Under the pieces are notes generated by a model. It saw only the letters and a program-made list of their open reading frames with translations, did not search any database and had not been told where the DNA came from. A program made the translations under genes and the position numbers. Positions 43,151-52,268 of a DNA stretch of 64,000 nucleotides are shown here, in pieces (positions within the stretch are counted from its first letter, which is position 1; each line of letters starts with the position of its first letter). The stretch lies in assembly GCA_963747235.1 (NCBI GenBank), contig CAVVEU010000013.1, positions 192,001-256,000 of the forward strand, given 5' to 3'. This stretch comes from an uncultured Candidatus Rokubacteria bacterium. Its GTDB lineage: Bacteria; Methylomirabilota; Methylomirabilia; Rokubacteriales; CSP1-6.

Positions 43151-43867
43151 TCAGCAGCCGAGCTTCTCGGCGAGCTCCACGAAGTCGCCCGCCACCACGT
43201 CGAACGGCTGGCCCGGCTCGGGCTGGGATCCCGGGCGGCCGGGGCCGAACTCGAGCGGGCGCGGCACGAAGGCGGTGCGCAGGCCGCAGCGCGCCGCCGC
43301 GGCCAGATCGGCCGGGTGCGCGGCCACCATCAGGCACTGCTCGGGCCGGAGGCCGAGGGCCTCCGCGCTGCGCAGGTAGGCCTCGGGGGTGGGCTTGTAG
43401 GCGCGCGCGACCTCGGCGCCGAGAATCGCGTCCCACGGCAGGCCCGCGCGCTTGGCCATGTCCACCATGAGCCCGATGTTGCCGTTCGAGAGCGTGGCCA
43501 GCGTGAAGCGCCGCTTGAGGCGGGTGAGGCCGGGGACCGCGTCGGGCCACGGATCCAGCCGGTGCCACGCGTAGTTCAGGTGATCGATCTCGGCCGGGGA
43601 GACACCGGTGATGCCGAAGTCGCCGAGCAGCCGCACGAGGCTCTCGCGGTGGAGATCGTCCAGCTTCGTCCACGCGCGGCGCCCGCTCCGGACCTCTTCC
43701 ATCGCGGGCTGGTAGAGCCCGCGCCAGGAATCGGCGAACTTGGCCCAGTCCACCGAGAGCTTGCGGGGCTTGCCGAACGCTTCGCCTTCACGGGTGACGC
43801 TGGTGCGCCAGTCCACGACGGTGCCGAAGACGTCGAACGTGAGCGCGCTGATCGAGGATTCGTCCAT
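43151..43867 (-). CDS. Haloacid dehalogenase type II (HAD family)
   Basis: FDVFGTVVDW, TLSNGN, YKP, MVAAHPADL. Confidence 0.92.
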   Translation of the reverse strand: MDESSISALTFDVFGTVVDWRTSVTREGEAFGKPRKLSVDWAKFADSWRGLYQPAMEEVRSGRRAWTKLDDLHRESLVRLLGDFGITGVSPAEIDHLNYAWHRLDPWPDAVPGLTRLKRRFTLATLSNGNIGLMVDMAKRAGLPWDAILGAEVARAYKPTPEAYLRSAEALGLRPEQCLMVAAHPADLAAAARCGLRTAFVPRPLEFGPGRPGSQPEPGQPFDVVAGDFVELAEKLGC

Positions 43868-43995
43868 GGTGGGTGTCTCCCGTGAGGTCTCGTCGGGGAT
43901 GCTACGACGGCCGGATGGTCAAGGCAAGCCGCCCGGCCGGCCGGCGCCCGTGATAATGTCGGCGGCGACTCACCAACTCGAACAGGGAGGCGACC

Positions 43996-44313
43996 ATGCT
44001 CGCGATCTGGGTGAAGGTGAAGATCAAGGCGGCGATGCGCGACAAGTTCCTGAAGGCCATCGAGGCCGACGCGCTCGGCTCGGAAAAGGACGAGCCGGGC
44101 TGCCTGCGCTTCAACGTGCTGCAGGACGAGAAGGACGAGAACGTGTACTACTTCTTCGAGGTCTACAAGGACCAAGCCGCGCTGGAGGCGCACCGCAACA
44201 CGCCGCACTACGCGATCTGGCGCGGGGTGGCCGACGTCCTCGAGGGCCCGACCGAGCCCACCCGCTGCAAGCCCGTGTTCCCGGCCGCCCGCGCCTACTG
44301 GGGCAAGGTGTAG
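43996..44313 (+). CDS. Antibiotic biosynthesis monooxygenase (ABM/LsrG-like) protein
   Basis: EPGCLRFNV, FFEVYKD, AHRNTPHY; RBS GGGAGG. Confidence 0.9.
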   Translation: MLAIWVKVKIKAAMRDKFLKAIEADALGSEKDEPGCLRFNVLQDEKDENVYYFFEVYKDQAALEAHRNTPHYAIWRGVADVLEGPTEPTRCKPVFPAARAYWGKV

Positions 44314-44316
44314 CGG

Positions 44317-44871
44317 CTACCGCTGACCCTTCGCGCGGTTGGCGACCTCCACGGTCTGCTTCTCGACGTCGAAGCGGTGGGTCTCCTTGGTCTCCACGTC
44401 GCCGCCGGTGACGCGGATGAAGAAGGTGTCGTCGCCGAACTCGATGGAGTGGATGTCGCCCACCGCGAAGGCGGCGGCGTGGCCGGGCTCGTTCATGAAC
44501 TCGCGCTGGAGCGTGAGCTCGGCGTGGCCCGGCCGGCTGCCGTCGTCGAGGCGGCGCCAGCGGCGCATGCGGGTGGCGTTCTGGTAGTTGCCGTAGACCA
44601 CCCAGCACGGCCCGTGGTCGTGCACCGAGGACTTGCTGGCCTTCGGCCGCGCGTGGACGAGCACGTGCACGTCGGTCTCGGGATCGTGGCCGATGGTGGC
44701 GCGCTCGACGTACGGCACCGGATCGCCCAGGTGCTTCGTGAGCAGCTCCGGATTGTGCAGGAGCTTCTCCAGGTGATCGCGGATCTCGGCCAGTCCGGCC
44801 GGGATGCCCTTCGTCTGGATGGTGGTGCGCGTGTCGGCGAGGAACTGGTCGAGGGAGTAGGTCGTGTCCAT
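44317..44871 (-). CDS. Cysteine dioxygenase-like cupin
   Basis: VHDHGPCWVVYG...GDIHSI (three-His metal site); RBS AAGGAGG. Confidence 0.78.
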   Translation of the reverse strand: MDTTYSLDQFLADTRTTIQTKGIPAGLAEIRDHLEKLLHNPELLTKHLGDPVPYVERATIGHDPETDVHVLVHARPKASKSSVHDHGPCWVVYGNYQNATRMRRWRRLDDGSRPGHAELTLQREFMNEPGHAAAFAVGDIHSIEFGDDTFFIRVTGGDVETKETHRFDVEKQTVEVANRAKGQR

Positions 44872-44930
44872 GGCCGCCCTCCTTGGGTGACGGCCGGATC
44901 ATAGCAGAACGTCGTGTACAATAGGAGCCC

Positions 44931-46163
44931 GTGCCCGCTCCCACCGATCGTCCCGGTTTTCGTAATGATGTTCGCGTCATCGGCGATATCCGTATCATCA
45001 GCCTCGTGGCCTCCGCCCATTTCTTCAGCCATTTCTTCCAGCTCACGCTGCCCCCGCTCTTCCCGCTGCTGAAGGAGATCTGGGGGGTGCCGTACGTGGC
45101 GCTGGGCCTGGCCATGAGCGTGTTCTACGGGGCGTCGGGCATCGGCCAGCCCGTCTCCGGCTTCCTGGTGGACCGGGTCGGGGCGCACCGCGTGCTCCTG
45201 GGCGGGATGGCGCTCTTCTCCGCGTCGATCGCGCTGGCCGGCCTCGTGCCGACCTACTGGCTGTTGCTGCCGGTGGCGCTGCTGGCCGGGCTCGGCAATA
45301 GCGTCTTTCATCCCGCCGACTATTCGATCCTGAACGCGTCGGTGAATCCGCGGCGGATCGGACGCGGCTACAGCGTGCACGCGATCTCCGGCAATCTCGG
45401 CTGGGCGGTGGCGCCCAGCGTGGTGGTGGGTCTCACCGCGCACTTCGGCTGGCGCGTGGCGCTGGTGACGGTGGGCGCGGCCGGGCTGGCCGTCGTCTCC
45501 GTGCTGGCGACGCAGCTTCGCGCCTTCGTGGGCGGCCGGGCGGTCGAGCGGCCGAAGACTACGGCCGGGCGCGAAGTGCGCCTGCTGCTGACCGCGCCGA
45601 TCCTGTCCGCGTTCGCTTACTTCGCGCTGATCGCCACCGCGCTGATCGGCCTGCAGACCTTCGGCGTCACCACGCTGATGCGCGTGTACGACACGCCGCT
45701 GTCGCTGGCCACCGGCGCGCTGACCGCGTTCCTGGTGGGCGGGGCCATCGGGATCCTGACGGGCGGTCTCCTGGCCGATCGCACGCACCGGCACGACGTC
45801 GTGGCGGTCGCGGGGCTGGTCACGGCCGCGGGGTTCATGATGCTGCTGGCCACCGGCGCGCTGGCGGCGACCCTGTTGCCGATCGTGCTCGGCGTCACCG
45901 GTTTCTGTCACGGGGCGACCGGCCCCTCACGCGACATGCTGGTGCGCGCGGCCACGCCGCCCGGCGCATCCGGCAAGGTGTTCGGCTTCGTCTACTCGGG
46001 GCTCGACCTGGGCTCCTGCCTCACCCCGCTCGCCTTCGGCTGGCTCCTCGACCACGGCGACCCGCGCATGCTCTTCGTCGCGGTCGGCATCCTCATGCTC
46101 TGCACCATCGCCACGGTGGTCCAGGTTCGCCGCAGCGCTGGCGTCGTCCCCGCCAGCGCCTAG
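44931..46163 (+). CDS. MFS transporter (Fsr-like)
   Basis: AHFFSHFF, GFLVDRVG, GNSVFHPA; about 12 hydrophobic segments. Confidence 0.9.
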   Translation: MPAPTDRPGFRNDVRVIGDIRIISLVASAHFFSHFFQLTLPPLFPLLKEIWGVPYVALGLAMSVFYGASGIGQPVSGFLVDRVGAHRVLLGGMALFSASIALAGLVPTYWLLLPVALLAGLGNSVFHPADYSILNASVNPRRIGRGYSVHAISGNLGWAVAPSVVVGLTAHFGWRVALVTVGAAGLAVVSVLATQLRAFVGGRAVERPKTTAGREVRLLLTAPILSAFAYFALIATALIGLQTFGVTTLMRVYDTPLSLATGALTAFLVGGAIGILTGGLLADRTHRHDVVAVAGLVTAAGFMMLLATGALAATLLPIVLGVTGFCHGATGPSRDMLVRAATPPGASGKVFGFVYSGLDLGSCLTPLAFGWLLDHGDPRMLFVAVGILMLCTIATVVQVRRSAGVVPASA

Positions 46164-46182
46164 CCTGGGCGCCTGACCCCGC

Positions 46183-47148
46183 CTAGAACCACCTCGACTT
46201 GTCCACCACGTTGCGTAGCGGCTGGCCGGCGAGGAAGCGGCGGCAGTTGTCGAGGAGGATCTCGCAGCGGCGATCGTCCAGATAGGGGCCGTAGCCCGCG
46301 GTGTGCGGGGTGATCAGCACGTTGGGCGTCGTCCAGAGCGGGTGATCGGCGGGCAGGGGCTCCTGCTCGAAGACGTCGAGGGCGGCGCCCGCGATCTCCC
46401 CGGCCCGGAGCGCGGCCACCAGGTCGTCGAGCCGCGTGGTCAGGCCCCGCCCGATGTTGATGAAGAACGCGCTCCGCTTCATGCGCTGAAAGCGCGCGCG
46501 ATGCATGAAGCCCTGGGTCTCGGGCGTGTGCGGGACCGTGAGGATGACGAAGTCGGCCTCCGGGAGGAGCGTGTCGAGCGCGTCCGGCCCGTCGAGCTTG
46601 GAGACACCGGGCGGCGCCTCCCGCCGCCGCGCGTCGATCCCGATCACCCGCATGCCGAAGGCCTCCGCGAGCCGCGCCGCCTCGCTGCCGATGCCGCCCA
46701 CGCCCACGATCAGCGCGGTGGCCTCGGGCAGGTGTACCACGCCGGTGTCGGACGGCGCCGGCCGCCACTCGCGCCGGAGCTGGAGCGGCAGGTAGTGGTG
46801 GAGGCCGCGCGCGAACGCCAGCACGAAGGCCATGATGTGCGCGCCGATGTGGTCGTTGTAGATCTCGCGGAAGTTGGTGACCACCACCGGATGCGCGATC
46901 AGCGCGTCGTGATAGTAGCCGGCGGGGGGCGCGGCCTGCGGGGCCTGCAGCCAGCGAAGCCGGCCGGCCTGGCCCAGTAGCGCGGGCGACGGTGTACCGA
47001 AGGCGGCCTCGGCGCGGCCGATCTCGCGCGCGGCCTGCGCCTCGTCCTCCGCGACGACCACCGTCAGCTCGGGCACGGCGGCGGCCACGCGCGCGGCCCA
47101 CGCGCGGGTGGTGGGGGTCTGGGGCGGTAGGATCAGGAGGGTGGTCAT
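46183..47148 (-). CDS. D-2-hydroxyacid dehydrogenase
   Basis: GVGGIG, FINIGRG, LDVFEQEPLP, TPHTAG. Confidence 0.92.
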   Translation of the reverse strand: MTTLLILPPQTPTTRAWAARVAAAVPELTVVVAEDEAQAAREIGRAEAAFGTPSPALLGQAGRLRWLQAPQAAPPAGYYHDALIAHPVVVTNFREIYNDHIGAHIMAFVLAFARGLHHYLPLQLRREWRPAPSDTGVVHLPEATALIVGVGGIGSEAARLAEAFGMRVIGIDARRREAPPGVSKLDGPDALDTLLPEADFVILTVPHTPETQGFMHRARFQRMKRSAFFINIGRGLTTRLDDLVAALRAGEIAGAALDVFEQEPLPADHPLWTTPNVLITPHTAGYGPYLDDRRCEILLDNCRRFLAGQPLRNVVDKSRWF

Positions 47149-47216
47149 GGCCCCACACCATACCACCGGCGGCGGATTTGGAGACGGGGTGCCCGGGGGG
47201 CTACGATCGAAGCACG

Positions 47217-48304
47217 ATGGCGAGCCGGATCGGCGTCCTCGGCTGGGTCACCGGCGTGCTCTCGGCGGTCCTGGGCACGCTCGCCTTCGGCGCCGTGCTC
47301 TGCCTCTGGTTCCCCGCCGTGCTGACCACGCCGGCGCTGCGCGACGTCTATCCGATGGAGATCGTCCGGACCACGATCAAGGTCACGCTGGGGGTGGCCT
47401 TTGTCCTCGGCGCTGCTCAGCGTCTTCCTCAAGCGCCGGAAGGCGCTCGGCCTCACCGGGGCCGGGCTCGCGCTGCTGGCCACGCTCATGGGCGGCTCCG
47501 AGGTGGCGGTGGCCACGCCGGTGGCGCGCGGGAGCCACGTGGGCCTCGACTGGTTCCTGCTCGACCTCTTCCTGCTCTCCGCGATCTTCGTGCCGATCGA
47601 GCTGCTCTTCGGCCGGCTCCGTCAGCAGCCGATCTTCCGGCCCGAATGGCGCACGGACCTCTGGCACTTCGGGGTGAGCCATCTCCTCGTGCAGCTCACC
47701 GTGTTCCTGACCATGGCCCCCGCGGCGATCTTCTTCCGCTGGGCAGTGGCGCCGGAGCTCCAGGCCGCGGTGGCCGCGCAGCCGCTGGTCCTCCAGTTCG
47801 TCGAGGTCCTCGTGGTCGCCGATCTCACCCAGTACACCGTGCACCGCCTCTTCCACCAGGTGCCCTGGCTCTGGCCCTTCCACGCGATCCATCACTCGAG
47901 CCGGCAGATGGACTGGCTGGCCGGCTCGCGCCTGCACCTGGTGGACATCGTGGTGACGCGCGGGCTCTCCTTCGTGCCGCTGTACGTGCTGGGCTTCGCG
48001 GCAGGGCGCGGTCTTCGCATACGTGCTGTTCGTGTCGTTCCAGGCCGTGCTGATCCACGCCAACGTGAGCTGGCGCTTCGGCCCGGTCCGCCACCTCCTG
48101 GCCACGCCGCAGTACCATCACTGGCACCACGCGGTGGAGCCGGTGGACGTGAACTTCGCGGTGCACCTGCCGGTGATCGATCGCGTCTTCGGCACGCAGT
48201 ACCTGCCGCGCGATCGCTGGCCCGAGGCGTATGGCCTCGCGGGCCCGCCGGTGCCGCCCGACTACTGGAGCCAGCTCGCGTACCCGTTCCGTCGCGGGCG
48301 CTGA
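47217..48304 (+). CDS. Sterol desaturase/fatty acid hydroxylase-family membrane protein (frameshifted)
   Basis: His boxes HRLFH, HAIHHS, IHAN, HHWHH. Confidence 0.9.
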
Positions 48305-48317
48305 CGGCTCCGCGCGG

Positions 48318-49517
48318 CTAGAAGCGGCCCGCGCGATACGTCTCGGGCGCGAAGCGGCCGAAGAGCAGCGCCATCGCGACCAGCAGGACCGCGGTGCCGG
48401 CCAGCGTCGCGTCGATGCCCGCCAGATCGGCGCCAAGGCCGAGCGCGATCGGACCCACCACGTAGCCCAGGTCCGCCAGCATCCGATAGCTGCTGACCGC
48501 CGCTGCGTTCATGCCGGGCGGCGCGGTGTCGGCCGCGTAGGCGGCGGGGGCCGCACCGCTGATGCCCATCGCGATGCTCCACGCCGCGCAGGCGGCGAGG
48601 AACCAGGCGTAGGTCGGCGCGAGCAGGAAGAGGACGAGCGAGAGGCCGGACAGGATCGTCGCGGGGACGATGATGATCTTGCGGCCGTAGCGGTCCACGA
48701 GGACGCCGGTCGGATAGGCCACGATGAGGCCCACGATGCTCGCCAGCGCCAGGCCGAAGCCGATGCGGTCCGGGTGGAGCGCGAGCCGGTCGCGGGCCAG
48801 GATCGGGACGATGTTGAACAGCGCGCCGGTGCGGGCCACCGCGTTCACGAAGGCGAGGCAGCTCACGAGCATGAAGCCGCGATGCGCGGTGAGCAGGCGG
48901 AGCTGGGCGCGGTAGGGCACGTGGGCGGGCTCGGGCTCGTCGACGGGGCGGACCGCGCGCGTCTCGGGGATCGCGAGCCAGGCCACCGCGGAGGCCACGA
49001 GCGAGGTCGCCGCGTAGGCGAGGAACGGGGCGGCGAGGCCCCAGTGGGTGGCGAGCAGCCCGCCCGGCAGCGGGCCGATGCCGACCGCGAAGATGAACGC
49101 GCCCTGATAGGCCGACATCATGCGCCCGCGGTTGGACGGCGTCGAGATGTCCGCGATGACGATCAGGCCGGTGGTGAGCACGAGGGCCGCGCCCGCGCCC
49201 GCCACGAAGCGCGCGCCGACGAAGGCGGGGTAGCTCGGCGCGAGCGCGCAGAGCACGTTGCCGAAGGCGGAGAGGACGCCGCCGATCGCCAGCGTGTTGC
49301 GGCGGCCGAGGCGGTCCGCGAGCTGGCCCGCCGGCACCGCGACCAGGAAGCGGGCGAGCCCGTAGATCGCGATGGCGAGGCCGATGGCGGACTGGGTGAC
49401 GTCGAAGGAGCGCGCGTAGAGGGCCAGCGCGGGGATGATGCTGCCGAAGCCGAGCTGGTTGACGGCGATGAGCACGCACATCCAGACGAGGATGCGGATG
49501 CCCGCGGGCTCTCGCAT
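48318..49517 (-). CDS. MFS transporter
   Basis: GQLADRLGRR, GVLVDRYGRK; 12-TM pattern. Confidence 0.9.
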   Translation of the reverse strand: MREPAGIRILVWMCVLIAVNQLGFGSIIPALALYARSFDVTQSAIGLAIAIYGLARFLVAVPAGQLADRLGRRNTLAIGGVLSAFGNVLCALAPSYPAFVGARFVAGAGAALVLTTGLIVIADISTPSNRGRMMSAYQGAFIFAVGIGPLPGGLLATHWGLAAPFLAYAATSLVASAVAWLAIPETRAVRPVDEPEPAHVPYRAQLRLLTAHRGFMLVSCLAFVNAVARTGALFNIVPILARDRLALHPDRIGFGLALASIVGLIVAYPTGVLVDRYGRKIIIVPATILSGLSLVLFLLAPTYAWFLAACAAWSIAMGISGAAPAAYAADTAPPGMNAAAVSSYRMLADLGYVVGPIALGLGADLAGIDATLAGTAVLLVAMALLFGRFAPETYRAGRF

Positions 49518-49603
49518 GACCGTCTGGGTGTATCCCGTTATGCCGTGGAGCGCAAGCCCGCCGAGGCGTATGATCGGGCGCACACCACGCACAGGAGGCG
49601 GTC

Positions 49604-50386
49604 ATGGCGACCAGCACGGCAAAGGGATTCGCGGTATTCGCGGGCGTGTCACCGGAGATCATCCGCGCCTCGGCGCGCGAGGCCGAAGCGCTCGGCTACC
49701 GCTCGTTCTGGGTGAATCATCCGGGCCCGGTGGACGGTCTCGGATCGCTCGCGCACGCGGCGGGGGAGACCCGTCGGATGGACCTGGGCGTGGGGGTCAT
49801 CCCGCTGCACACGCGCGGGCCGGAGGCCATCGCGGACGGGGTGCGCGGGCACGGGCTCGCGCCGGAGCGCCTGCTGCTGGGCGTGGGCAGCCCGAATCCC
49901 GAGGCACTCAAGCGCGTGCGCGACGGCGTGGCCACGCTGCGGGCCAAGCTGACCACGCGGATCATCGTGGCCGCGCTCGGGCCGAAGATGTGCCAGCTGG
50001 CCGGCGAGGTCGCCGACGGCGTGCTGTTCAACTGGCTCACGCCGGAGTACGCGCGCCGCTCCGCCGAGCTGGTCCGCGCGGGCGCGGACGCCGCGAAGCG
50101 CCCGATGCCGCGGCTCTACGCCTACGTGCGGGTGGCGCTGGGGCCCGCCGCGGCCGAGCGGCTGGCCGACGAGGGCGGGCGCTACGACGCCATCGCCGCG
50201 TACCACGCCCACTTCGTCCGCATGGGCGTGAAGCCGGTGGACACCGCCATCGCGGCCACCTCCGCCGACGGCATCAAGCGCGCGCTCGCGGCCTGGGACG
50301 GCGCGGTGGACGAGGTCGTCCTCCGCGCCATCACCGCCAAGGACACCGTCGAGGACCACCTCACCCTGGTGCGCGCCGCCGGCTAG
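49604..50386 (+). CDS. LLM-class flavin/F420-dependent oxidoreductase
   Basis: AEALGYRSFWVN, LGVGVIP, VAALGPKMCQLAGEVADGVLFNW. Confidence 0.85.
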   Translation: MATSTAKGFAVFAGVSPEIIRASAREAEALGYRSFWVNHPGPVDGLGSLAHAAGETRRMDLGVGVIPLHTRGPEAIADGVRGHGLAPERLLLGVGSPNPEALKRVRDGVATLRAKLTTRIIVAALGPKMCQLAGEVADGVLFNWLTPEYARRSAELVRAGADAAKRPMPRLYAYVRVALGPAAAERLADEGGRYDAIAAYHAHFVRMGVKPVDTAIAATSADGIKRALAAWDGAVDEVVLRAITAKDTVEDHLTLVRAAG

Positions 50387-51405
50387 AGCTCGCGGCGGAC
50401 CAGGCGGGCGCCCTCGACGAGGGCGGCCATCTTGAGGCGGGTGGCCCAGCGGGGGGTTTCCCAGAAGCCGCAGTCGGGGTTGAGCCAGAGCTTGTCGGGG
50501 GCGACATAGCGGAGGAGGGCGCGGATGCGCTCGGCGACCTCCTCGGCGGTCTCGGCCTTGAAGGCCTTCACGTCGATCACGCCGGCGCCCAGCTCCTTGT
50601 CCGTCGGGAACTCCTTCCAGAGGGCGAGGTCGTCCATGCCGCGGTTCGCGTACTCGAGGACGACCTGGGACGCGGTCAGCTCGTGGATCGCGGGGTACAC
50701 GTTGCGATAGCTGCGCACCGGCTGGAATGGGCGGCCGTACAGGTTGCCGAAGCAGACGTGGACCGCGATCTTGGCCCGCACGCCCTCCACCGCGCGGTTG
50801 ACGCCGTGGGCGAAGTTGGGCGCGGCGCCCGCGTACATGCCGCTGTGCGGCTCGTCGATCTGGATGAAGTCGGCGCCCGCCGCCACGAGCGCGCGGCACT
50901 CCGCGTTGACGATGCCCACCAGGTCGGCCAGCAGCGTGTCGCGATCGCGGTAGCCGCCGCCGAGCCGCAGCGGGAACATCAGCGTGTACGGCCCGGGCAC
51001 GGTGGCCTTGAGCGGCCTGCCGGTCAGCGATCGCGCCAGCTTGAACTCCTCCACGATGCCGAGACCGGCCGGCGCGGTGATGCGCTCCACGACCTCGAAC
51101 GGGGTGTTGGTGTCCCAGTGCGGCTGGCCCAGCTTGCGCGGCTCCTCCATGGTGCGGATGCCCTGGAGATGATCGTAGAAGCCGATGATGAAGCGGACGC
51201 GGCCCATCTCGCCGGTGGTCAGCACGTCGATGCCGGCCCGCTCCTGGTCGAGCAGCGCGACCTGGGTGGCGTCCTCCATCAGCTCGCGGACGTCGGTGGC
51301 GCCCAGGCGCCCGGCCACGAGCGCCTCGCGGGCGAGCCAGACCCAGCCGGGCAGCCCGTGGCTGCCGATGACCGAGGTGGGCAGGAGCGTGGCGGGACTG
51401 GTCAT
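50383..51405 (-). CDS. Core (catalytic-domain-only) cobalamin-independent methionine synthase-like Zn thiol alkyltransferase
   Basis: TSVIGSH, QERAGIDVLTTGE, IQIDEP; Zn ligands in HVCFGN, VLEYAN and NPDCGF; about 340 aa with no N-terminal folate barrel. Confidence 0.88.
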   Translation of the reverse strand: MTSPATLLPTSVIGSHGLPGWVWLAREALVAGRLGATDVRELMEDATQVALLDQERAGIDVLTTGEMGRVRFIIGFYDHLQGIRTMEEPRKLGQPHWDTNTPFEVVERITAPAGLGIVEEFKLARSLTGRPLKATVPGPYTLMFPLRLGGGYRDRDTLLADLVGIVNAECRALVAAGADFIQIDEPHSGMYAGAAPNFAHGVNRAVEGVRAKIAVHVCFGNLYGRPFQPVRSYRNVYPAIHELTASQVVLEYANRGMDDLALWKEFPTDKELGAGVIDVKAFKAETAEEVAERIRALLRYVAPDKLWLNPDCGFWETPRWATRLKMAALVEGARLVRREL

Positions 51406-52163
51406 CGCGCGGGTCCTTTCCGTCGCTGGCGGATCTCGTCCATGGCGGCGCGGTGCTCGGCGGAGTCGAGGCAGAGGCGGAAGCCCGCTTCCATCTCGCG
51501 GCGGAAGGCGTCGAACGGGAGATCGAAGGCGCGCGCCAGGAGGACCTTGCTCACGCCCACGGCGGTCGCGGGGAGCGCGAGGAACCGCCCGATGCACTTG
51601 TCGAGCGCCTGGGGGAACTCGGATGCCGGGACGACCTGATTGACGAGCCCGTAGTCCGCGGCCCGCTCCGCCGAGATCGGCTCGCCGGTGAGGATCATCT
51701 CGCGCGCCCGTGCCGCCCCGATCAGCCGCGGCAGCCGGTAGAGCGCCATGGACGGGATCAGGCACTCCTTCACCGCGGGCAGGCCGATGACCGCGTCGGC
51801 CGCGGCCAGCCGGTAGTCGCAGACCAGCGCGAGCTGGAGCCCGCCGCCCAGGCAGTGGCCGTTGATGGCCGCGATGAACGGGATCGGCATGCGCTCGATC
51901 GCGGTCATCGCGTCCTCCCAGGCCACGAAGTGCGGCAGGGTCATCTCGCTCGCGGCGAGGGATCGGAGATCCACGCCGGTCGAGAAGGCGCGGCCGGCTC
52001 CGGTGATCACCGCGACGCGGAGCTCGCGGAGGGAGCCCACGCGCGCCACGACCTCGACCAGCTCGGCCACCCAGCCGGGATCGCCCGCGTTCAGCACCTC
52101 GGGCCGGTTCAGGGTGATGCGGGCGACGGGCCCGTCGAGCTCGAGTTGGACGGAGGGCGTCAC
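51402..52163 (-). CDS. Enoyl-CoA hydratase/isomerase (crotonase) family, atypical active site
   Basis: ITLNRPEVLNA, TGAGRAFSTGVDL, IAAINGHCLGGGLQLALVCD, GLPAVKECLIP. Confidence 0.9.
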   Translation of the reverse strand: MTPSVQLELDGPVARITLNRPEVLNAGDPGWVAELVEVVARVGSLRELRVAVITGAGRAFSTGVDLRSLAASEMTLPHFVAWEDAMTAIERMPIPFIAAINGHCLGGGLQLALVCDYRLAAADAVIGLPAVKECLIPSMALYRLPRLIGAARAREMILTGEPISAERAADYGLVNQVVPASEFPQALDKCIGRFLALPATAVGVSKVLLARAFDLPFDAFRREMEAGFRLCLDSAEHRAAMDEIRQRRKGPAR

Positions 52164-52268
52164 GGTCGGTCATCCTCCGGGAGGCCGCCCGCGTTGTCAA
52201 CTTGGCGACCCGGTGGCTGGCGACCCACCCGGGGCGCGTGCTAACCTTCCGCGCAGGAGGGCTTTGCG

